Positions 50,053 through 58,422 of a stretch of DNA of 64,000 nt are shown here, one piece after another (the stretch's first letter is position 1; each line of letters begins with the position of its first letter). The stretch covers positions 68,105 through 132,104 of the forward strand of contig CAWDGJ010000008.1 in NCBI GenBank assembly GCA_963801815.1, in the 5' to 3' direction. The notes beneath the pieces were generated by a model. The model did not search any database. It saw nothing but the letters and a program-made list of their open reading frames with translations, and had not been told where the DNA came from. The position numbers were made by a program, and so were the translations under genes. This DNA comes from an uncultured Verrucomicrobiae bacterium. Its GTDB lineage: Bacteria; Verrucomicrobiota; Verrucomicrobiia; Chthoniobacterales; UBA10450.

Positions 50053-53000
50053 ATGCCGCGGAACAACGATTTAACGAAAATTTTGCTGATCGGCTCCGGC
50101 CCAATCGTGATCGGGCAGGGCTGCGAATTTGATTATTCCGGCGTCCAGGCCTGCAAGGCGTTGCGCGAAGAAGGATATCAGGTCGTGCTGGTGAATTCGA
50201 ACCCGGCGACGATCATGACCGACCCGGAGTTCGCCGATCGTACTTATATCGAACCGATCACGGCTGAGGTGATCGAGGCCATCATCGAGCGCGAAAAGCC
50301 GGACGCGATTTTGCCAACGATGGGTGGACAGACCGCGTTGAATGCAGCGATGGAACTTTATCGCAACGGCGCGCTGGCGCGGCATAAAGTGAAATTGATC
50401 GGCGCAAACGCCAAGGCGATCACGAAGGGCGAAGATCGGCAACTCTTCAAGGAGGCGATGTTGCGCATTGGGCTCGAGGTGCCCCGGTCGGGCGTGGCGC
50501 ATTCAACCGCCGATGCGCACAGGATCGCAAAGGAAATTGGGAATTTTCCATTGATCATTCGGCCGGCATTCACGCTCGGCGGCAGCGGCGGCGGCATCGC
50601 TTACAATCCGGACGATCTCACCGAGATCTCCGGGCGCGGACTCGCCATGTCGCCAGTCAACGAAGTGTTGATCGAGGAATCGCTGGTCGGCTGGAAGGAA
50701 TTCGAAATGGAAGTGATGCGCGACCGCATGGACAACTGCGTGGTCGTTTGTTCGATCGAAAATTTCGATCCAATGGGCGTGCATACCGGCGACTCGATCA
50801 CCGTCGCGCCGGTCCAGACGCTGACCGACAAGGAATATCAGATGATGCGTGACGCGTCGTTCGCGGTAATTCGCGAGATCGGCGTCGAGACCGGCGGATC
50901 GAACATCCAGTTCGCAGTCCATCCCGACAACGGACGAATGGTGGTGATCGAAATGAATCCGCGCGTCTCGCGTTCGAGCGCGCTCGCGAGCAAGGCGACA
51001 GGATTCCCGATCGCGAAGATCGCGGCCAAGCTCGCAGTCGGCTACACGCTGGACGAGATTAAAAACGATATCACGCGCGAAACGCCGGCCTGTTTCGAGC
51101 CGACGATTGATTATTGCGTCGTCAAAGTGCCGCGGTTCACATTCGAGAAATTCCCGCAAGCCGATGCGACCCTGACAACGCAGATGAAATCCGTCGGCGA
51201 AGCGATGGCAATCGGCCGGACGTTTAAGGAAGCACTGCAAAAAGCGTTACGCAGTTTGGAAATCAAACGGTTCGGGTTGATCGGCGACGGCGCCGACAAA
51301 GACGTCGATCATGAAACTTTGCGTTTGAAGCTGGCGATCCCGAATGGCGAACGAATTTTTTACATCGGACAGGCCTTCGCCAAAGGCGCGTCGATCGACG
51401 AAGTCTACGAGCTGACCAAGATCGACAAATGGTTTTTGCGAAACGTGGCCGAGATTGTGGCCGAGGCGAAGTGTTTGAAAACAAAGGCAGTGTTGCGCAG
51501 CAAGAAGCTGGGGTTTTCGGATCGACAACTTGCAATGTCGAACGGTTCTGACGAGAAGAAGGTCCGCACCAAACGCATCGCCGAGAAAGTCACGCCAACT
51601 TATCGACTGGTCGATACTTGCGCCGCCGAGTTCGAAGCTTACACGCCGTATTACTACTCCACTTACGGCGACGAGAACGAGCGCCGGGAAAGCGGAAAAC
51701 GCAAGGTAATGATCCTCGGCGGCGGGCCGAATCGGATCGGACAGGGAATCGAGTTCGATTACTGCTGCGTGCATGCGGCCTTCGCGCTCCGCGAGCTCGG
51801 ATTCGAAACGATCATGGTCAATTCGAATCCGGAAACGGTTTCGACCGACTACGACACGAGCGACAAGCTCTATTTCGAGCCGCTCACCCTGGAGGACGTA
51901 CTTAATATATACGAGCAGGAGAAGCCGGAAGGCGTGGTCGTGCAGTTCGGCGGACAGACCCCCTCAATCTGGCCGACGGATTGAAAGCGGCCGGCGTTCC
52001 AATTTTCGGAACCCAACCGGAGAGCATCGAGACCGCGGAAGACCGAAAACTTTTCGCCGCCATGCTGGACAAACTCGGTTTACGACAAACGCCGAGCGGA
52101 TCCGCAGTGAGCACAGATCGAAGCAGTCGTGATCGCGAACGAAAGTTGGTTATCCCGTGCTCGTTAGGCCAAGTTTTGTCCTCGGCGGGCGCGCGATGGA
52201 GCTTGTTTACAACGAAGCGGACCTGCGCCGCTACATGGCAAGCGCGATCGAAGTGACGCCCGGATCGCCCGGTGCTGGTCGATCGTTTTCTCGAAGACGC
52301 GATCGAAGTCGACGTCGATTGCATTTCCGACGGCGAGACCACCGTCATCGGCGCGATCATGGAACACATCGAGGAAGCCGGTATCCACAGCGGCGACAGC
52401 GCGTGCGTGATTCCGACATTTTCGCTGTCGCAAGACGTGCTTGACGAGATTTCGTCGCGCGACCAAGAGCGATGGCGCGGGAGTTGAACGTGCGCGGCCT
52501 GATGAACGTGCAGTTCGCGGTCAAAGGCGAAGACGTTTACGTCCTCGAAGTGAATCCGCGCGCCTCGCGCACCGTCCCATTCGTGAGCAAGGCGATCGGC
52601 GTTCCGCTGGCCAAGCTGGCGGCCAAAGTCATGGCCGGCAAAACATTGCGCGAACTCGGCTTCACCAGAGAAATCGTGCCGAAACATTTCTCGGTGAAGG
52701 AAGCGGTGTTCCCGTTCTTGCGTTACCAGGGCATCGACATTTCGCTCGGCCCGGAAATGAAATCGACCGGCGAAGTCATGGGAATCGATGTCGATCTTGG
52801 CCTCGCCTTCGCCAAGTCGCAGATGGCCGCGCCGCCGCCCCTGCCGAAAAAGGGCAACGTGTTCATCAGCGTGAAGGACACGGACAAGGAATCGGTCATT
52901 CCGCTCGCCCGCGAATTTCTCAAGCTCGGCTTTGGAATCATCTCCACGAGCGGAACGGCGGACGCGCTGGCCGAGGCCAAGATCAAGGTGAAAAAAGTTT

Positions 53001-53248
53001 TCAAACTCCACGAAGGCCGGCCAAACGTGCTCGACCGGATCAAGAACGGCGACATCAATTTCATCATCAACACGCCGAGCGGCAAAATCCCGCGCGAACA
53101 CGAAGTAAAGATCCGCAACGCCGCGCTCGCCGCGAAAATTCCGATCATGACGACGGTGCGCGCCGCACAGGCCAGCGCGAACGGCATTCGTTCGTTACAG
53201 AAGAGCAAAGTACAGGTGCGAAGTCTGCAGGAATACCATCATGAATAG
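50053..53248 (+). CDS. carB: Carbamoyl-phosphate synthase large subunit, several frameshifts in 51960-52470
   Basis: [58 protein letters not shown] domain. Confidence 0.96.
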
Positions 53249-53937
53249 AGAAAGAAATTCGAAATCCGAAATCCGAAACAAGGTCGAAATTCAAAGTTCG
53301 AGGTTTTTTTGCCGCGGAAAATTTCGAGCTTTTACCTGCCGAATTTGTTCGCTCCTGGCCGCCGCGCTTTTAGCGATTGTTGCAGCTGGACAATCGAAGG
53401 AGGCTTCGCCCATGAATGCGGCGAACGAAGTTGCAGTAATTAAAACGAGCGAGGGCGACATGGTCGTGCAGTTCTGGACCGACGCCGCGCCAAACACGAT
53501 CGACAATTTCAAGAAGCTCGCGAAACAAGGTTTTTACAATGGCACGATTTTTCATCGGATCGTGAGAGGATTCATGATTCAGGGCGGCGATCCGAATTCT
53601 AAGGATCCGAGCAAGGAAGCCAAGTACGGCGACGGCGGACCGGGTTACAAAATCAAAGCCGAGTTTAATGATCATCCGCACGACCGCGGCGTGATTTCGA
53701 TGGCGCGCGAGCCAGATCCTGACTCCGCCGGCTCCCAGTTTTTCATTTGCCTCGCGCCGGTCTCGCGTCTCGATCATCAATACACGACGTTCGGAAAACT
53801 GATTAAAGGCGACGACGTGCTCGACAAAATCGGTAACACGCGCGGTGACACGAAACAGCATGGGCGAAAACAGCAAGCCAACGAAACGCGTGACGATCGA
53901 GAAAATCGACATCGTTCCGGCGGATTCGGTGAAATAA
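53241..53937 (+). CDS. Cyclophilin-type peptidyl-prolyl isomerase (frameshift near 53840; start uncertain)
   Basis: FHRIVRGFMIQGGDP, SMAR, SAGSQFFI, LDHQYTTFG. Confidence 0.92.
53255..53346. repeat. Inverted heptamer array inside the PPIase N-terminal ORF
   Basis: aaattcg aaatccg aaatccg aaac aaggtcg aaattca aagttcg ... cgagctt ... cgaattt. Confidence 0.8.
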
Positions 53938-53943
53938 ATTCAT

Positions 53944-54047
53944 TAACACCCGGCTTCAGCCGGGTGATTGAACACGACTCTGACTAAAGCCGTTTAAACG
54001 GCTTACCTGTTGCGCGGATGCGGACACCGGGCTAAAGCCCGGTGTTA
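53944..54047. repeat. Three-hairpin palindromic element
   Basis: taacacccggcttcagccgggtg / aagccgtttaaacggctt / caccgggctaaagcccggtgtta. Confidence 0.8.
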
Positions 54048-54052
54048 CTCAC

Positions 54053-54947
54053 ATGACTGAACCAAAACCAAACAAAACGAAAGTCGCGCTCGTACAGATG
54101 AAGTGCGGGACGGACCCGGAGAAGAATTTCTCGCGAGCGTCGGATTTCGTTCGCAAGGCCGCGAAGAAAGGCGCGGCGATCGTTTGTCTGCCGGAGCTTG
54201 TTTCGTTCGCAATACTTTTGCCAGACGGAAGACCACAAAAATTTCGAGCTGGCGGAAGAGATTCCTGGAAAATCGACAACCGCGCTTTCGAAATTGGCCA
54301 AAGAGCTTGGCATTGCAATCGTCGCATCGCTTTTCGAAAAGCGCCGCGCGGGCGTTTATCACAACACTGCTGCAATCATCGACGCGGACGGAAAACTTCT
54401 CGGAAAATATCGCAAGATGCACATCCCGGACGATCCGCTTTATCACGAGAAATTTTACTTCACACCGGGCGATCTCGGATTTCAGGCGTGGGACACGAAA
54501 CGCGGGAAGATCGGCGTCTGTGTTTGCTGGGACCAATGGTATCCGGAAGCGGCGCGACTGACTGCGTTGCGCGGCGCGGAGATTATTTTTTATCCGACGG
54601 CGATCGGCTGGCACCCGAGCGAGAAGAAGGAATTCGGCGCGGCGCAACATAACGCCTGGGAGACGATTCAGCGCAGTCATGCCATCGCGAATGGCTGTTA
54701 CGTCGCGGCGGCGAACCGGGTCGGCCACGAAGCGCCCGCCGGCGGTGACGGAATTGAATTTTGGGGACAAAGTTTTATCTGCGGTCCGGACGGCGAGATC
54801 ATCGCCAAGGGCTCCGCCGACAAGGAAGAAATCGTGATCGGCGAAATCGATTGGGCGCGGGTGAACGAGCACCGCACCCACTGGCCGTTCCTGCGCGACC
54901 GGCGGGTAGACGCTTACGCCGGAATCGAGCAACGCCTGCTCGATTGA
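54053..54947 (+). CDS. aguB: N-carbamoylputrescine amidase-like carbon-nitrogen hydrolase (frameshift near 54200)
   Basis: CLPEL, YRKMHIPDDPLYHEKFYF, CWDQWYPE, YPTAIGW, WPFLRDRR. Confidence 0.85.
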
Positions 54948-55072
54948 GGCGATTGGCACGCCGTTTCCGCCCCAACACCTGCGGAAGACAGCCGCGTCCT
55001 TCGGCGCGTCCCACTTCTACTAAAAGAAAAGTGTAGAGTTTTCATTCACGCAGAACAGCCTAGGTTTGCGGG

Positions 55073-55579
55073 ATGAAAACGATACTCATTACTACAATCT
55101 TTTGCGCGCTTGCCTGTTTAACGCAGGCGCAGGAACCCACCAAGGCCGCGGCGCAGCTTGAGCCGAAGTCTGGAAGCAAAGTGACCGGTACGGTTATGTT
55201 TACAAAAGTCGGCGACGAAGTGCAGGTGGTTGCGGACATCCAAAACCTGACTCCGGGCAAACATGGTTTCCACATTCATGAAAAGGGCGATTGCTCGGCG
55301 CCCGATGCGGCATCCGCCGGTGCGCATTTCAATCCAACCATGAAACATCACGGCGGACCAATGACGCTCGATCATCACACCGGCGACCTCGGCAACATTG
55401 TGGCCGACGCGTCGGGCAAAGCGCATTTGGATTGGAAAGGGAAGCTCAGCTTCACTGGAAAAGACTCGATCATCGGCAGATCGGTCGTCGTTCACGAAAA
55501 AGAAGACGATCTCAAGACCGATCCGTCCGGAAATTCCGGCGCTCGTGTCGCGTGCGGCGCAATCTTGGCGGCAGATTAA
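55073..55579 (+). CDS. sodC: Periplasmic Cu/Zn superoxide dismutase
   Basis: HGFHIH, GAHFNP, HTGDLGN, GNSGARVACG; signal peptide. Confidence 0.93.
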   Translation: MKTILITTIFCALACLTQAQEPTKAAAQLEPKSGSKVTGTVMFTKVGDEVQVVADIQNLTPGKHGFHIHEKGDCSAPDAASAGAHFNPTMKHHGGPMTLDHHTGDLGNIVADASGKAHLDWKGKLSFTGKDSIIGRSVVVHEKEDDLKTDPSGNSGARVACGAILAAD

Positions 55580-55621
55580 GATCATCGAAGATTAAGAGGT
55601 AGAGGAAGAGATCCGATCGAC

Positions 55622-56680
55622 ATGCAATTGATGACGCTCAGCGAGATTCGCCGGGCCGCCCAGAGCGGTCCGGTTACCGCGCGCGTGCACGTGCAGGTCG
55701 AATCGGCCGTGCCGAAACTGACGCGAGAACAAAAACCGTATTGCGAGTTGAATCTGGCCGATGCGTGCGATCGCATGACGCTACGCGTCTGGAGCGACCA
55801 TCCGAATTACAAAGCGTGCACCACTCTGAACAACGAAAGTTTCATCGAGCTCGCAGGTGACTTTAGCTCCTCGCAGTTCGGGCTCGATGCCCAAAAGTGG
55901 ACCGTTCGCCCGCTGACGTCACAGGAGAAAGGCGAGTTGCTCCAGGGTCCGGCCGAATTGCGGGCGAAACAAAACGCCGACTGGCAGTTTATCTGTGAAA
56001 CAACGGAGAAAATCACCGATCCGCGGTTGCACGCGTTGTGCGATGTGTTCGTTGCGGAATTTGCCGAGCGTTTTCGGCGAACGGCGGCCGCGCGCAAGAA
56101 CCATCACGCGCGACGCGGCGGACTGGTTGAACACACCGCACAAATGATGCGGGTGGCAATGGCGATCGCTCCTCTTTATCCGCAATTGAATGTCGATCTT
56201 CTGATCGCCGGAATTCTTTTTCACGATTCGGGGAAGCTTTGGGAAAATAATTACCCAGAGAGCGGGTTTGTGATGGACTACGACGAGCGTGGCGAATTGG
56301 TCGGACACATCTCCATTGGACTCGAGTTGGTTAATTCGTTGTGGCGAAAAGTGTCTACCGAAAGCGGCGAACGATGGAAAAATATGACGCCCGCGTCGGA
56401 GGACGTTCGTTTGCATTTGCTGCATCTGATCGGGGCGCATCATGGCGAGCAACAATTCGGTTCGCCGGTCGATCCAAAAACGCCTGAAGCGATGGCGCTT
56501 CATTACATCGACAACCTCGATGCCCGCCTGGAAATGTTTGCCGCTGGATATTTGACCGCGAAACCGCTAACCGACCGGATTTTTGAACGGGTCTGGCCGT
56601 TGCCAAGCAAACTCGTTAAGTCGCTCGAAGCTTTTCAGGTATCGACGGCGCCGTCGAAAGCAGACGACGAACTATTTTGA
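55622..56680 (+). CDS. OB-fold + HD domain protein (YhaM-like 3'-5' exonuclease)
   Basis: HHARRGGLVEHT, FHDSGK, GHI, HHG, PKTPEA...HYIDNLDA. Confidence 0.88.
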   Translation: MQLMTLSEIRRAAQSGPVTARVHVQVESAVPKLTREQKPYCELNLADACDRMTLRVWSDHPNYKACTTLNNESFIELAGDFSSSQFGLDAQKWTVRPLTSQEKGELLQGPAELRAKQNADWQFICETTEKITDPRLHALCDVFVAEFAERFRRTAAARKNHHARRGGLVEHTAQMMRVAMAIAPLYPQLNVDLLIAGILFHDSGKLWENNYPESGFVMDYDERGELVGHISIGLELVNSLWRKVSTESGERWKNMTPASEDVRLHLLHLIGAHHGEQQFGSPVDPKTPEAMALHYIDNLDARLEMFAAGYLTAKPLTDRIFERVWPLPSKLVKSLEAFQVSTAPSKADDELF

Positions 56681-57448
56681 GCGGTGCTTCGCCTCGGCAA
56701 GATACGTCTCGTCGATCTCGAAGCCGACGAATTTCTTCACGCGGCAATTTTTCGCGGCGACAGCAGAGTTTCCAATGCCAAGAAATGGATCGAGCATCGC
56801 CTTCACTCGCGAGGCGCCGTGGAGCTTAATGCACCACTCTGCGAGCTGAACGGGGAATGTGGCCGGATGCGGTCGTTCTTTCTCGCGACTCTGGATCGTT
56901 TCGTAGGGAATGAACCAGGTATTTCCGCGGCAGCGTTTGTCTCGCCCGCGCGTGTGTGACCACCGAGTAATGTTGCTCTTGTCTTGATAGGGAACACCGA
57001 GCGCAAGGCGATCGATCTCCACCCGACCGGTTTTCGTGAAATGAAAAATGTATTCGTGGCAATCGTTGAGAAATCGCTTCGAGCTGATCGGCTTGAAATG
57101 GCCGAAAGTGCGGTCGTCGATGGCGATCGATTTGATCCAGTGGATCGTGTTTTGCAGAATGAAGAGATCCCGAAACTGAAAAACGATTTCGTGCGGCAGC
57201 ATCGGGTTTGATGGCGCCGCGCCAATGTTCAGAAAGAACGATCCGCTCGGTTTTAGCACACGACGGATTTGCGCGGCCCAGCTGGCGCACCACTCCAAAT
57301 ACAATTGCCGATCCTGGCGATCGGAGTACTTCCGATATCGGACGCCGAGATTGTAGGGTGGCGATGTAACGACCAGATCGACACTCGATGCGGAGATTTT
57401 GGCCATGCCGGCCACGCAATCCTCGAGGCTCAGATCGAATTTGGTCAC
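56672..57448 (-). CDS. Beta-class N4-C/N6-A DNA methyltransferase (start 57448 or 57481)
   Basis: VTSPPY before HPATFP and LDPFLGIG. Confidence 0.9.
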   Translation of the reverse strand: MTKFDLSLEDCVAGMAKISASSVDLVVTSPPYNLGVRYRKYSDRQDRQLYLEWCASWAAQIRRVLKPSGSFFLNIGAAPSNPMLPHEIVFQFRDLFILQNTIHWIKSIAIDDRTFGHFKPISSKRFLNDCHEYIFHFTKTGRVEIDRLALGVPYQDKSNITRWSHTRGRDKRCRGNTWFIPYETIQSREKERPHPATFPVQLAEWCIKLHGASRVKAMLDPFLGIGNSAVAAKNCRVKKFVGFEIDETYLAEAKHRSK

Positions 57449-57503
57449 AACCCAACGTGGCAAAGAATTCGATTCGTACAAGGATTTCGTTATTATTTAG
57501 GCA

Positions 57504-58310
57504 ATGTCGGATAAGCCTTCCAAACTGAAGATCGCTGACCGCGAGTTTACGTCGCGGCTGCTGGTCGGCACCGGGAAGTTCGCCTCGAACGAATTGATGC
57601 GAGACGCGTTGCTGGCGAGCGGGACTGAAATTGTTACCGTCGCGCTGCGACGCGCGGACCTTACCGGCAAGCACGATCCTTACGCGAACATTTTGGATTT
57701 CATCGATCCGAAGAAATTTTTGCTTTTGCCAAATACCAGCGGGGCGCGCAACGCGGATGAAGCCGTGCGGCTGGCGCGACTGGCAGCCAGCGCGGGTTTG
57801 CCCAAGTGGATCAAGCTCGAGATTCACCCGGACCCGCGTTACTTGCTGCCAGATCCAGTCGAGACACTCGCCGCCGCGGAAATCTTGGTGAAGGAAGGAT
57901 TCACGGTTTTGCCCTACATCAATGCCGACCCAGTATTGGCGAAACGTTTGCAAGACGTCGGCACAGCGACGGTAATGCCGCTTGGCTCGCCCATTGGCAG
58001 CAATCGCGGAATTGAAACGCGCCCGCAAATCGAAATCATCATCGAGCAGGCGACCGTTCCCGTTGTCGTCGACGCGGGTTTAGGCGCGCCAAGCCAGGCA
58101 GCGGAGGCAATGGAAATGGGCGCGGACGCTGTTTTGGTGAATACGGCGATTGCGATCGCGACGGATCCAGTCCGCATGGCGCAAGCGTTTAAGAAAGCGA
58201 TCGAGGCTGGACGCGAAGCGCAGGAAATCGGTCTGGCTCAAAAACTTACAACTGCGGCCGCAACGAGCCCGTTGACCGCCTTCTTCTCAAGCCAGAAAGC
58301 GCTCGACTGA
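57504..58310 (+). CDS. thiG: Thiazole synthase
   Basis: [34 protein letters not shown]. Confidence 0.96.
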   Translation: MSDKPSKLKIADREFTSRLLVGTGKFASNELMRDALLASGTEIVTVALRRADLTGKHDPYANILDFIDPKKFLLLPNTSGARNADEAVRLARLAASAGLPKWIKLEIHPDPRYLLPDPVETLAAAEILVKEGFTVLPYINADPVLAKRLQDVGTATVMPLGSPIGSNRGIETRPQIEIIIEQATVPVVVDAGLGAPSQAAEAMEMGADAVLVNTAIAIATDPVRMAQAFKKAIEAGREAQEIGLAQKLTTAAATSPLTAFFSSQKALD

Positions 58311-58389
58311 AAAGGGATACTGGGAGTGCCCAAACCATTTGTTCCCAGTTGAAATTTGGACATTCTATCGCCTCCTGTAGGCGGCAATT

Positions 58390-58405
58390 CGGCACTGAAT
58401 TAGCT
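58390..58405 (+). promoter_or_regulatory. Candidate sigma-54 promoter of the S53 protease
   Basis: CGGCAC-TGAAT-TAGCT, GG-N10-GC, 18 nt before ATG. Confidence 0.4.
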
Positions 58406-58422
58406 GCGATCGGCATAGCCAA

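Noticed and set aside
50053..53248. carB (and rplQ, polX) as pseudogenes or programmed frameshifts
   Set aside because: Core genes with intact motifs, no shared slippery motif, and clustered errors fit sequencing artefact.
55622..57481. HD nuclease + MTase as a restriction-modification system
   Set aside because: Convergent orientation, and the HD protein looks like housekeeping YhaM.
57449..57503. TPP riboswitch upstream of thiG
   Set aside because: The gap is too short and lacks the CTGAGA core.
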